Source of the DNA: an uncultured Pseudomonadota bacterium
Lineage (GTDB): Bacteria; Pseudomonadota; Alphaproteobacteria; Rs-D84
NCBI GenBank assembly: GCA_902798205.1
Contig: CADBVV010000001.1
Span: 69,621-133,620 of the forward strand
DNA length: 64,000 nucleotides
Direction of reading: 5' to 3'
The notes under the pieces are model-generated. The model ran no database searches and was not told the DNA's origin. It was given only the letters and a program-made list of their open reading frames with translations. Below, in pieces: positions 16,144 through 25,649 of this stretch; position 1 is the first letter of the stretch; the number at the start of each line of letters is the position of its first letter. A program made the position numbers and the translations under genes.

Positions 16144-16409
16144 TTTTTGCGACCATGTTTTTTAGTTTTTTTAATACTTTCACCAAACACGTCTTTGGTT
16201 GCGTTTTCCAATAAATCATCAATTGGTTTTTCCAAATCGATTCTTTGTTGTAAATTTTCTGAAAAATCTGTAATTTTCCAAACAATATTACGAATATATT
16301 TAAATGCACGCGCCAAAAATTTTGCAACATCAGGCCAATATTTAGCAGGCACAATACAAACTGCGACCAACAAAATAACTAAAAATTCAGTCCAACTGAT
16401 TCCCAGCAT
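16140..16409 (-). CDS. tatB: Twin-arginine translocase TatA/B-family protein (TatB by position)
   Basis: 89 aa with an N-terminal TM segment followed by an amphipathic helix, immediately upstream of tatC. Confidence 0.65.
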   Translation of the reverse strand: MLGISWTEFLVILLVAVCIVPAKYWPDVAKFLARAFKYIRNIVWKITDFSENLQQRIDLEKPIDDLLENATKDVFGESIKKTKKHGRKK

Positions 16410-16417
16410 ATTATACC

Positions 16418-17032
16418 TTAATCGTAAAAATCATCACCATCATTTGTTGATATTGTTTTATGACGTGATAATTGAAAATAATTTTTTCCAAAATCTGTTT
16501 TTGTTTTCAAATCATTAAACACAACATCAGTTTTCACAGATGTCGCATCAACAACAGACCATGATTTTAATTTCACAGGATTTTTATCAAACACAACATC
16601 CATATGTCCCAAACCTTCTTGGCCTTTCAAATTCATTTTCAAAGTAAACGTATTCTTGTCCGAACTTGTTTCGTATACGTTGATATCCGCATTTTGTAAA
16701 TCTATTTTTTTACGAACCAAAATTCCGGCTGGTGTACTGGTCAATGGAACAGTTGTAATTTGATCCAAAGATTTATCGTAAAAATACAAATCTTGACCAT
16801 CGGAAATTAATTGTATTGGGGCATTTTTATAATCCAGTCTAACACGACCCGGACGTAACATTGAAAACGTACCATCTTGGGTTTTACCATTTGATGTTTG
16901 TGTAAATCCACCGTTTAAACCGGTTATAGAATTAAGATATTTTTCAGCATTCACAACCAATTTCTTATCAACCGCCGCATTTGCAATACCAGACACAAAC
17001 AAACACACAATCATCATGATTATTTTTTTCAT
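16418..17032 (-). CDS. lolA: Outer-membrane lipoprotein carrier protein LolA-like
   Basis: Signal peptide, plus FTQTS..G.FSMLRPGRVRLDY....QLISDGQDLYFYD, which matches the LolA layout. Confidence 0.68.
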   Translation of the reverse strand: MKKIIMMIVCLFVSGIANAAVDKKLVVNAEKYLNSITGLNGGFTQTSNGKTQDGTFSMLRPGRVRLDYKNAPIQLISDGQDLYFYDKSLDQITTVPLTSTPAGILVRKKIDLQNADINVYETSSDKNTFTLKMNLKGQEGLGHMDVVFDKNPVKLKSWSVVDATSVKTDVVFNDLKTKTDFGKNYFQLSRHKTISTNDGDDFYD

Positions 17033-17034
17033 TT

Positions 17035-17985
17035 CTACATCCCCTTGAAAGCGTTTATAACTTTATCATGAACATTTTGCAAACTGTCTTCAATAACAGC
17101 CCCGGCTGCACATAAATGTCCACCCCCACCAAAAGATTCTGCAATTTTATTTATAGGTATTTCACGCGAACGTATTGAAACACCGATACGGTCTTCTTTT
17201 TGTTCTTTTAATAATACAACATATTGAACACCATGAATCTGGGCCAGCAAAGACAATACTATTTCACCACGTCCATCCAATTTTTTATAATCAGTATGAT
17301 TTATTGTCGCCACAGCCAGACGACCTTTCATCAAAAATTCTGCTTCTGTTACAACTTTGGATTCAACCAGAACAGTTTTTTTATCCTTGTTACTTAACAA
17401 ATTGACCAAACGTGTCATATCAGCACCCGCATCAACCAAAGATGCCGCATCTTTGAAAACATCACTGTTTCTGACAAATTTGAAATTACCAGTATCTGTA
17501 ATGATTGCCAATGTTAAAAGATCAACAATATCTTGATCTATATCGAATTTTCCGCTTTTTACAACATCATATATTATCTGTGATGTAGCGGCCTTTTTTT
17601 CATTATCAAAACACAAATTTCCAACCAAATCGTCATTAAAATGATGATCAAATTCAATTACAAAGTCTGCAGAATTTACATATTTTTCAACACCGCCCAA
17701 ATGTTTTCTGGTTCCATAATCAACCAAAATATATAAATCATAATTTGAATTTTCTGGCAGGTTTTTATAAAACACAGCATCTTCACGAAGCGGCACATTA
17801 TCCAATTCACGTGGTACATTTCCATCGTATATAACAGTCGCTTTTTTGCCGAAATTCAATTCTATTATCTTCATCAGTGCCAATGCAGAACACAATGCAT
17901 CACCATCCAAATTCTTATGCCCAGATATAGCAATAGATTTGGCGTTTTTTATTTTTTCTATAAAAATTTGTACTTTCTTGTTCAT
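17035..17985 (-). CDS. nrnA: DHH/DHHA1 phosphoesterase (NrnA-like oligoribonuclease / pAp phosphatase)
   Basis: GHKNLDGDALCS, EFDHH and a C-terminal GGGGHLCAAGA motif. Confidence 0.75.
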   Translation of the reverse strand: MNKKVQIFIEKIKNAKSIAISGHKNLDGDALCSALALMKIIELNFGKKATVIYDGNVPRELDNVPLREDAVFYKNLPENSNYDLYILVDYGTRKHLGGVEKYVNSADFVIEFDHHFNDDLVGNLCFDNEKKAATSQIIYDVVKSGKFDIDQDIVDLLTLAIITDTGNFKFVRNSDVFKDAASLVDAGADMTRLVNLLSNKDKKTVLVESKVVTEAEFLMKGRLAVATINHTDYKKLDGRGEIVLSLLAQIHGVQYVVLLKEQKEDRIGVSIRSREIPINKIAESFGGGGHLCAAGAVIEDSLQNVHDKVINAFKGM

Positions 17986-19736
17986 AATGCAATATCTTCC
18001 AAAGTAAATTGTGCACTTACACGGCCATTATATTCATTTTCTTTTAATTTACCCAACATCATTATTGTAGTATTTGTATTTGCATCGTCCAGTAAAAAAT
18101 CACCAACCGGCGTTCCAACCAAATTAAAGCCCACAAAGGATAATTGATTACCATTACTGCAACGAACTACGCCGCGCAAATGTGCCCCATTTCCCATAAC
18201 AGTTGCAAATTTTAAAACTGCGCCACGTAATACCAATGTTGGTTCTGGATTACATTGCCCGAACGGTGCCAAATCAGATAATTTTTCAACCAATTTCATA
18301 TCCGCACTGCCCGCATCAATTTGTGCGTCTACAAATATTTCTGGATTTGGTTTTATGCCACCCAATTGTTCATTAACAGATTTTTCAAGGAATTCACAAA
18401 AATCTTTTTCACGATCTGCATTTAATGTAAAACCTGCGGCTGCCGCATGTCCGCCACCTTCGGACAAAATACCAAGGGACAATGCTTCGTGAATAATTTT
18501 ACCCAAATCTATTTCTGGAATTGAACGACCTGACCCGTTTATAATTCCATCACCACGTGTTGCAACACATGTTGGTAAATTATATTTATCTTTCAGGCGT
18601 CCTGCGATAATCCCCATAACGCCACCATGCCAATTGTCACCACAAACAAACAAACTGCATTTTCCATCTTTGCAACATTTGTCTGCTATTTCGGCAGCAT
18701 CTATCATAATTGAATTTTGAATATCTATTCTTTCTTGATTCATATGATGCAATTGATTTGCCAAATCATTAGCAATTAATGGATTGTCTGTTAATAACAA
18801 TTCCAACGCCGGCGACGCAGAATCAAGACGTCCCGCGGCATTAAGTCGTGGTCCAATCGCAAACCCCGCAGCATAAACAGACGGTGTTTTTATTCCGGCC
18901 AAATCCATCAATGTTCTAAGGCCAAGATTTTGTCGCAACCCCATAACTTTTAAACCGGTTGCAACAAATGCACGATTCAACCCTATCAAAGGCATCGTAT
19001 CGCATATAGTCCCCAGTGCAACAAAATCCATATAATTTAACAAATTTATTTGCGGTTTGTTTTCATCAAAAAAGTGTCTGTTTTTTAATTCACGATTCAA
19101 AGAAACCAATGTCAAAAATGCAACACCGACACCGGCCAAAAATGAAAGTCCAGATGTATCATCAACGCGTTTAGGATTCACAACTGCATCTGCATTTGGC
19201 AAAACAGCATCAGGTGAATGGTGATCTGTAACGACAACTTTCAAGCCTAATTCTTTGGCTTTATCTACTTCTGCATTACCGCTTATCCCGCAATCAACAG
19301 TTATCATCAAAGAAACACCAGATTTTGCAATCTGTTCAACCGCAGCAATATTTAATCCGTATCCTTCGCCTTCACGTGTTGGCAAATGCCAAGACACATC
19401 AACACCAATACTGCGTAAATATTTCACAAAAACAGCGGTAGATGTTATTCCATCAACATCATAATCGCCATATATTGCAATCTTTTCACCATTACATATT
19501 GAATCAGCAATAACCTGGGTTGCTTTATCCATATCTTTCAAAACATATGGATCTGGCATATATTCTTTGATGGAAGGATGCAAAAATATATCAACCGCAT
19601 CATCGCCCACAATTCCACGAGATGCCAAAATATTTTTGACCAAATTTTTTGTATCGTTTAAATCTGATTCCAGACTATAATCATCCGACACAGCCCAGGC
19701 TTTTCCAAGCATGGACCTTTCTACTATCTTTCGCAC
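17982..19736 (-). CDS. recJ: Single-stranded-DNA-specific exonuclease RecJ
   Basis: 584 aa with YGDYDVDGITS, VVVTDHH and GGGHAAAAG motifs. Confidence 0.92.
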   Translation of the reverse strand: MRKIVERSMLGKAWAVSDDYSLESDLNDTKNLVKNILASRGIVGDDAVDIFLHPSIKEYMPDPYVLKDMDKATQVIADSICNGEKIAIYGDYDVDGITSTAVFVKYLRSIGVDVSWHLPTREGEGYGLNIAAVEQIAKSGVSLMITVDCGISGNAEVDKAKELGLKVVVTDHHSPDAVLPNADAVVNPKRVDDTSGLSFLAGVGVAFLTLVSLNRELKNRHFFDENKPQINLLNYMDFVALGTICDTMPLIGLNRAFVATGLKVMGLRQNLGLRTLMDLAGIKTPSVYAAGFAIGPRLNAAGRLDSASPALELLLTDNPLIANDLANQLHHMNQERIDIQNSIMIDAAEIADKCCKDGKCSLFVCGDNWHGGVMGIIAGRLKDKYNLPTCVATRGDGIINGSGRSIPEIDLGKIIHEALSLGILSEGGGHAAAAGFTLNADREKDFCEFLEKSVNEQLGGIKPNPEIFVDAQIDAGSADMKLVEKLSDLAPFGQCNPEPTLVLRGAVLKFATVMGNGAHLRGVVRCSNGNQLSFVGFNLVGTPVGDFLLDDANTNTTIMMLGKLKENEYNGRVSAQFTLEDIAL

Positions 19737-19778
19737 TCTATACTCTTTTCTTATTGTCGGTATTATTATAATACAAAA

Positions 19779-21443
19779 TTATTCAAATAGCAATGGCATG
19801 ATTCCATCAAGTATTGCACCTGCTGTTGGCACCGCATTCCATGCCGCAGTTTTCCAACCACCAGATTCTTTTGTCCCCTGTGGTTCGTCCAACATTATCA
19901 AAATTACATACTGGGGCGCTGCGACAGGGAAAATACCCGTAAACACAGTAACATTTCTGTTTTTATCGACATGTCTGTCCGCACCACGTTTTTCCGCAGT
20001 TCCCGTTTTACCACCAACTTCTATGCCTTTTACCCTGGCCTTTTTAGCCGTCGTTTCTTCTGCGATATGGAACATTATATTACGTAATTTTGCAGATATT
20101 TCTGGATTCAAGACCCTTTCACCACGAACAGCACCAATGCTTCTTTTTAACAACGTTGGATAAATATATATTCCACCATTTGTCATGGCATTAACGCCCA
20201 ATATCAAATGCATAGGTGTTACCGCAATACCATGTCCAAATGCCGCTGTTGCGCGTTCTGTTGGTCCCCATGTTTTATATGTTATCGCCCTTTCTGTTTT
20301 TCCAAATTCTAATTGCAAAGGTTTATTAAAATTAAGACGTTCAAAGAATTCTTTTTGAGCACCTTCTGGCAAATCCAGTGCGATACGCGCACTGCCAACA
20401 TTACAAGAATGCAACATAATTTCTGGTGCTTTTAATGTACGATGCCCGCCTTTTTTAACAACATCACGTTTAAAAGAAGACACATCGTCAATTGGTTTAC
20501 GCATCGCAGGACGACCATATTTATCGTATATCATCAACGGTTCATCAACCTTGTAATCTTTATTCTGCAAACCATTTTCATATGCCAATGCGGTATTAAA
20601 TATTTTGAATATAGATCCCATTTCAAAATTATCACGCATCAATTTAAATCTGCGTGTATTTACCGGTATTGAATTGATATTGTTTGGGTCAAAATCAGGT
20701 ATTTGAACCATCGCAATCATTTCACCGGTGGACGAATTCATTAACATACCCATTGCGCCTTTGGCATTATATTTATTCATCGCAATGGATAATTGTTCGT
20801 GGAAAATATTTTGCACACGCGAATCAATAGACAAACGCAACGGATCTTTGTTTTCGCGCAAATATTTATCGTAAGTTAATTCGATACCTTCCAACCCTTC
20901 GTCTTTACCAGAAAAACCGATAACATGTGCAAATACATTTCTTTGCGGATAACGACGTTGTGTAAATTGTTCAATTTCAAAACAGTCATATTGTTTATGT
21001 GCCTGCTTTACTAATTTTATTTGATCTTCGGTTGCATTCTTTTTTATATATAAACCACGACGACCAGACCTTATTAAATTTAAAGCATCTTCAATACTGT
21101 AATCCATTGGGGCAATTTCGTGAATAATGGCCGCAACTTCATTTATATGTCTTTCCTTAACACGTGGCGGGAATAATTTTATATTGCCAGATTTTACACT
21201 TTTGGCCAAAACAACACCATTTCTGTCGACTATATCTGCACGACTTTCTATTTGTGCATTTTGACCGTTATATTTTCTGTAATCATTGCTTTGTAAGCCT
21301 AATTCCAATGTACGAACAACAAATATTGCAAACAAAATAGAAAATGCAAATTTTACCCAATGCAGACGTGATGCACTTTCGTGATTATACACAGATCCCT
21401 TGTATTCATGTGGTAAAATATCTTTTCCTATGACGAATCGCAT
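19779..21443 (-). CDS. ftsI: Peptidoglycan D,D-transpeptidase FtsI (class B PBP3)
   Basis: N-terminal TM segment, plus SxxK (GSIFK), SxN (SCN) and KTG (KTGTA) motifs. Confidence 0.88.
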   Translation of the reverse strand: MRFVIGKDILPHEYKGSVYNHESASRLHWVKFAFSILFAIFVVRTLELGLQSNDYRKYNGQNAQIESRADIVDRNGVVLAKSVKSGNIKLFPPRVKERHINEVAAIIHEIAPMDYSIEDALNLIRSGRRGLYIKKNATEDQIKLVKQAHKQYDCFEIEQFTQRRYPQRNVFAHVIGFSGKDEGLEGIELTYDKYLRENKDPLRLSIDSRVQNIFHEQLSIAMNKYNAKGAMGMLMNSSTGEMIAMVQIPDFDPNNINSIPVNTRRFKLMRDNFEMGSIFKIFNTALAYENGLQNKDYKVDEPLMIYDKYGRPAMRKPIDDVSSFKRDVVKKGGHRTLKAPEIMLHSCNVGSARIALDLPEGAQKEFFERLNFNKPLQLEFGKTERAITYKTWGPTERATAAFGHGIAVTPMHLILGVNAMTNGGIYIYPTLLKRSIGAVRGERVLNPEISAKLRNIMFHIAEETTAKKARVKGIEVGGKTGTAEKRGADRHVDKNRNVTVFTGIFPVAAPQYVILIMLDEPQGTKESGGWKTAAWNAVPTAGAILDGIMPLLFE

Positions 21444-21733
21444 TATTCACCCACCATTGGTATACTATCTATATGTACAGTTTTACTGAAAGACACTGTT
21501 TCTGCCTTTGGATTAACACCAATAACAGAACCACGCAATGAATCCGCAGAAGTCAAAGCAGAAAATCTGGTTTTTGCAATATCGTATTCATGTCGCGTAT
21601 TTTCCATATCACGACGGATTTCATTAAGATTAGAATTCTGAACACGATATGCGACCTGTAAAAAAGAAATTATAAAACCAATGCCAATCAACATGGCCCA
21701 GCCTATATTATACATTTTTTCATCATCGCGCAT
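21443..21733 (-). CDS. ftsL: Cell-division protein FtsL-like (bitopic, coiled coil)
   Basis: 96 aa with a single TM segment (IGWAMLIGIGFIISFL). It overlaps the ftsI start by 1 nt. The call rests on position and topology. Confidence 0.5.
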   Translation of the reverse strand: MRDDEKMYNIGWAMLIGIGFIISFLQVAYRVQNSNLNEIRRDMENTRHEYDIAKTRFSALTSADSLRGSVIGVNPKAETVSFSKTVHIDSIPMVGE

Positions 21734-21764
21734 AAGATATTCCTTCCTTTATTGATACATTGTA

Positions 21765-22127
21765 TCACAAATTCTTAAAAAAACTAATCATAGATTGAAT
21801 ACCGTTTAATCTACCTGCACCAAAATTTAAATCAAGCGATGCAAACTGTACTGATAAATCCATTTCTTTTATTTCTTGGACGCTTTTGCCATTAACCATT
21901 GATAAAATTATGGCAACAATCCCGCGAACCATCATTGAATCAGCACGTCCATAAAAAGTGCCATCTTTTTCACAAATTTGAACAAACGAAGCGCACCCAA
22001 AAATTTCATTACATTTTGCATCATCCGGAACAACATCTAATGATTTACCCAAATCTATAACAAATTCCAATTTTTCAACTGGATTTTCAATCAAAGACAA
22101 AGCATTTTTTATATCATCGTATTTCAT
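21765..22127 (-). CDS. sufE: Cysteine desulfuration protein SufE-like
   Basis: 120 aa with the sulfur-acceptor Cys context EIFGCASFVQI, in a SUF gene neighbourhood. Confidence 0.72.
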   Translation of the reverse strand: MKYDDIKNALSLIENPVEKLEFVIDLGKSLDVVPDDAKCNEIFGCASFVQICEKDGTFYGRADSMMVRGIVAIILSMVNGKSVQEIKEMDLSVQFASLDLNFGAGRLNGIQSMISFFKNL

Positions 22128-22133
22128 TTTTAT

Positions 22134-22448
22134 TTACCATCCCTGCTCTGTTAAATCTAATTCAAGTCGTGCCGCTTCACTCATTCGTGATAAATCCCAT
22201 GCCGGATCCCAAACCAGTTTTACATCAACTGTTTTACCGTTTACCACACTTTCAATATTTGATTTAACCTGACTTAAAATATCTTCCATCATTGGACACG
22301 TAGGACTTGTAAAAGTCATTTCCACAATAACACTGTCTTCATTGATTGCGATATTATAAATCAAACCCAAATCCCAGATATTCACTGGAATTTCTGGATC
22401 ATAAACCTTCTTGATTTCATTTATAATATCATCGCGCAAATCAGACAT
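22134..22448 (-). CDS. sufT: DUF59/MIP18-family Fe-S assembly protein (SufT-like)
   Basis: VYDPEIPVNIWDLGLIY and TSPTCP motifs. Confidence 0.75.
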   Translation of the reverse strand: MSDLRDDIINEIKKVYDPEIPVNIWDLGLIYNIAINEDSVIVEMTFTSPTCPMMEDILSQVKSNIESVVNGKTVDVKLVWDPAWDLSRMSEAARLELDLTEQGW

Positions 22449-22449
22449 T

Positions 22450-23580
22450 TTATGCCACCAAATCTTTTATTGTTTCAACAACATATTTTGCATCATCCAT
22501 TGTATTCCATGGCCCAACAGATATACGAACACTGCCATCTATATTTAATCTTTTATGAATCCACGATGCACACATATTGCCGACACGAACACATATATTA
22601 TGTACACCCAACATTGCACCAAAATCTATTACATGCATACCATCAATTGTAAAAGATATCATATGTGAATCACGCGTTGTAAAGATTTTTATTTTTTCTG
22701 TTTTTGATAATTCGTCATACATATATTCAATTAAATCATGTCCACCGTTCCAATTGGATAAATTTTCTATCGCATTTTTTAGGCCGATAATTTGTGTTAA
22801 TGGCAACGTGCCTGCCTCAAATTTTTCTGGTGATTTATTTAATATTATATTATCAGAATCTATGATTCGATTAACCATACCACCACCAAATTTATCAACA
22901 TTCCAATCATCAGGTTTTCTTATATACATTACACCGACACCTGTATCGGCCCCAATTTTATGGCCAGAAAAGACAAGAAAATCACAATCATATTTTTTAA
23001 CATCTATTTTGTTGTATACGACAGATTGTGCGGCATCCACGATTATAATGGCATCTTTATTTTGTGCACGAATTGCTTTTGATATTTTTGAAACATCTTG
23101 GAATATTCCCATAACATTAGACATTGCCGTTACAACATAAATATCAGCAAATGGAATATTTTTTATATCAATATTTAATTGCGAATCCAATGGCAAAATA
23201 ATTGTTTTACAGCTACCATCTTTCGCCCACATTTCAAATGGCAGGCGTGCACTGTGATGATCCAAATCAGACACAGCAATAATTGGTGTTTTATTCGATA
23301 TTGTGTTTTTAATAATATTAACAATTCGATTCATCCCATCTGTTGTTCCAGATGTAAAAACTATATTTTCCTTGTTCGCACCTATAAAGTCTGCAACAGT
23401 GCCACGAACATCATCAACCATGGCATCAACATTGGCCGCACGGGCACAAATACCACGACCAGCATTTGCATATGAATTCGTCAGAAAATCAACTTCTGAT
23501 TCTATTACTGATTGTGGTTTCAGCCAACTGGCCGCCGCATCCATATACACGAATTTTTTCATATCGTTTTTCCCTTGCAT
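22450..23580 (-). CDS. sufS: Cysteine desulfurase (class V aminotransferase, SufS-like)
   Basis: YMDAAASW, PLP-lysine context FSGHKI, and a C-terminal active-site Cys region RVGNMCA. The alternative start MKKFVYMD is at 23562. Confidence 0.83.
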   Translation of the reverse strand: MQGKNDMKKFVYMDAAASWLKPQSVIESEVDFLTNSYANAGRGICARAANVDAMVDDVRGTVADFIGANKENIVFTSGTTDGMNRIVNIIKNTISNKTPIIAVSDLDHHSARLPFEMWAKDGSCKTIILPLDSQLNIDIKNIPFADIYVVTAMSNVMGIFQDVSKISKAIRAQNKDAIIIVDAAQSVVYNKIDVKKYDCDFLVFSGHKIGADTGVGVMYIRKPDDWNVDKFGGGMVNRIIDSDNIILNKSPEKFEAGTLPLTQIIGLKNAIENLSNWNGGHDLIEYMYDELSKTEKIKIFTTRDSHMISFTIDGMHVIDFGAMLGVHNICVRVGNMCASWIHKRLNIDGSVRISVGPWNTMDDAKYVVETIKDLVA

Positions 23581-23635
23581 TTTGTTATGATTATAATAAA
23601 CTAAATCGAAATATCAATAACATAAGGAGAAAAAG

Positions 23636-23953
23636 ATGGCGCTTAAACATGCTAATGATGAAACATTTGATTCGATGATTGGAAGCGGATTAACATTGGT
23701 AGATTTCTGGGCTTCTTGGTGCGGTCCTTGCCAAATGTTTGGCCCTATATTTGAAAGCGTTTCAAATGAAAAAACTGATGTTAATTTTGTAAAATTTGAA
23801 ATTGACGATGTCAATCGACGTACACCTGCAAAATTTGGTATACGCAGCATCCCAAGCGTTCTGGCATTTGTAGATGGCGAATTAAAAGAAGCCCGCTCAG
23901 GATTAATGGACGAAGAAACCCTTATCCAATGGATAGAAGAATTAAAAGGCTAA
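23636..23953 (+). CDS. trxA: Thioredoxin
   Basis: 105 aa with the WASWCGPCQ active site. Confidence 0.93.
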   Translation: MALKHANDETFDSMIGSGLTLVDFWASWCGPCQMFGPIFESVSNEKTDVNFVKFEIDDVNRRTPAKFGIRSIPSVLAFVDGELKEARSGLMDEETLIQWIEELKG

Positions 23954-23957
23954 TTCG

Positions 23958-24389
23958 ATGGTAAAAAAGAATTACAAGAACATAACACTTGATCCAAAAT
24001 ATACACCAAAAAAATCTGAACCATATATGTGCCCTGAACAATTGGCTTATTTTTACCAATTGTTAAACACACAACGCGACGAAATCATGCAAGACCGCGA
24101 AGATGTGTTGAACGATGTACGTATGGCAGAAAAAAATGAAACTGCCGGTGTTGGTGACGAACAAGATCAAGCAACAGCCGAACAAGAAATAACCATGAAT
24201 TTACGTATGTCTGAACGTAATGCAAATTTGTTACAAAAAATAAATGCTGCATTGGAACGCATTGAAAATGGCACATTTGGATACAGCGTAATATCCGGTG
24301 ATGAAATTGGATTACAACGTATGCTTGCACGACCATTGGCCACAATGACAGTCGAAGAACAAGAAGAATACGAACAAAAGAAAAGATAA
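23958..24389 (+). CDS. dksA: RNA polymerase-binding transcription factor DksA-like, lacking the Cys4 zinc finger
   Basis: PEQLAYFYQLL, a coiled-coil region with the acidic tip GVGDEQD, and ALERIENGTFGY..SGDEIGLQRMLARP. The Cys positions are replaced (S, S, T, E). Confidence 0.78.
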   Translation: MVKKNYKNITLDPKYTPKKSEPYMCPEQLAYFYQLLNTQRDEIMQDREDVLNDVRMAEKNETAGVGDEQDQATAEQEITMNLRMSERNANLLQKINAALERIENGTFGYSVISGDEIGLQRMLARPLATMTVEEQEEYEQKKR

Positions 24390-24393
24390 AAAC

Positions 24394-24418
24394 ACCGCCC
24401 ATTCGGGCGGTATTTTTT
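24394..24418. terminator. Rho-independent terminator between converging dksA and tatA
   Basis: Stem accgccc/gggcggt with loop attc, followed by a T-run. Confidence 0.7.
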
Positions 24419-24432
24419 ATATCTAAATAAAA

Positions 24433-24618
24433 TTATTTCGATTTCTTTTTTGCCGGTGCTTTTTTCTTAGCCACCGGTTTTGGTTCTTCTTTTAATTCAT
24501 GCTTAAAAGTTTTTATACCATTCGCAATATTCTTTGCCATAGCTGGAATTTTTGCAGAACCAAACAATACTAAAACCAAAATAACAATTAAAAGTACTTG
24601 TAAAATACCTGGACGCAT
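24433..24618 (-). CDS. tatA: Twin-arginine translocase subunit TatA/E
   Basis: 61 aa with a TM segment followed by LFGSAKIPAMAKNIANGIKTFK and a Lys-rich tail. Confidence 0.8.
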   Translation of the reverse strand: MRPGILQVLLIVILVLVLFGSAKIPAMAKNIANGIKTFKHELKEEPKPVAKKKAPAKKKSK

Positions 24619-24634
24619 AATTCACCCCTTTTTA

Positions 24635-25399
24635 TTATTTTGTTACATAACAATCCAAACCGTCTGATTTAGCATTTCTGCAAAAACCATTGGCATCTGT
24701 TGCATTTTGGAATGCTACACGTAATCTGTATGTTGTTTGACCGTTAACCTGGGCAGCCAAAATGACAAATTGTTTACCACTGAACAAACTGTTGTGTGAT
24801 GCACGCAATTTTTGTTCTGCAGATTGTGCTGCGGCACGTGTGCTGTATGAACCGAATTGAACATAAACACTGCCATTAGACGATGTAGCCACAGGTTTAG
24901 CAGCTGATTTAGCTGCAGGTTTTGCTGCTGGCTTTGCTGCAGGTTTCGCTGCCGGCTTTGTTGTTGTTTTATCTGGATCAAAAGTCACTTCTTTTCTGTC
25001 ATTAACAACACGAACAGGATTCCCATTTGATTCAACAGGTTTTGTTTCAACTGGTGCTGGTTTTGATTCCGCAACAGGTTTTGTTTCAGCCTTTGGTTCG
25101 ACTTTTGGTGCAACCTCTACTGGTTTTGCCGGAACATTTAAATCTGCAACAGGCTGTGGTGCATTATCAACTTTTTGCACTGGGGTATCCAAATCAATGT
25201 TCACCGTTGTACCCGAATCGCTTCCCACACGTGCGATAATTATCCATGTTGCCAATATAATAATTAAAACACCCAACCCCATTAAAAGCCACGGTTTCTT
25301 TGGACGCGGCGATGTAAAAGGTGTTGCTTCTGGTAAAGTATCAACACTTGAAGATTCTTCTTCAAGGTCTAATAAATCCAAATCTTGTTCTTGATCCAT
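24635..25399 (-). CDS. SPOR-domain (septal peptidoglycan-binding) membrane protein
   Basis: One TM segment, a Pro/Lys/Ala-rich linker with (KPAA)n, and a C-terminal SPOR-like YVQFGSYSTRAAAQSAEQKL...YRLRV. Confidence 0.75.
   Translation of the reverse strand: MDQEQDLDLLDLEEESSSVDTLPEATPFTSPRPKKPWLLMGLGVLIIILATWIIIARVGSDSGTTVNIDLDTPVQKVDNAPQPVADLNVPAKPVEVAPKVEPKAETKPVAESKPAPVETKPVESNGNPVRVVNDRKEVTFDPDKTTTKPAAKPAAKPAAKPAAKSAAKPVATSSNGSVYVQFGSYSTRAAAQSAEQKLRASHNSLFSGKQFVILAAQVNGQTTYRLRVAFQNATDANGFCRNAKSDGLDCYVTK
24893..24965. repeat. 15-bp in-frame tandem repeat encoding (A)KPAA x ~5 in the SPOR protein linker
   Basis: The translation TKPAAKPAAKPAAKPAAKSAAKP corresponds to repeated gctgc(a/t)gg(t/c)tt units. 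Confidence 0.6.
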
Positions 25400-25459
25400 A
25401 ATATCCCCCTATTTTTATTTCATAAGGACATTATATCATAAAAAAAGAACAAACCCAAA

Positions 25460-25600
25460 TTATTTTGGCATATTTCCAAAATTAGGTGGAACAATCAATT
25501 TATGGTTTTCTTCTACGATTGGTTCGTTTTCACATTTGCAGCATCCCGCAACACAAACAACCAGTGAACAAAGTGCCAATAAAATTGCAATTTTTTTCAT
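25460..25600 (-). CDS. Small lipoprotein (46 aa)
   Basis: The start was moved to MKKIAILLALCSLVVCVAGC (lipobox VAGC). The longer ORF would overlap the thrS 3' end. Confidence 0.5.
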   Translation of the reverse strand: MKKIAILLALCSLVVCVAGCCKCENEPIVEENHKLIVPPNFGNMPK

Positions 25601-25649
25601 GATTTCTTTCCTTGTCTTTAAAAGGGGCGAAATATTCGCCCCCCTATTT

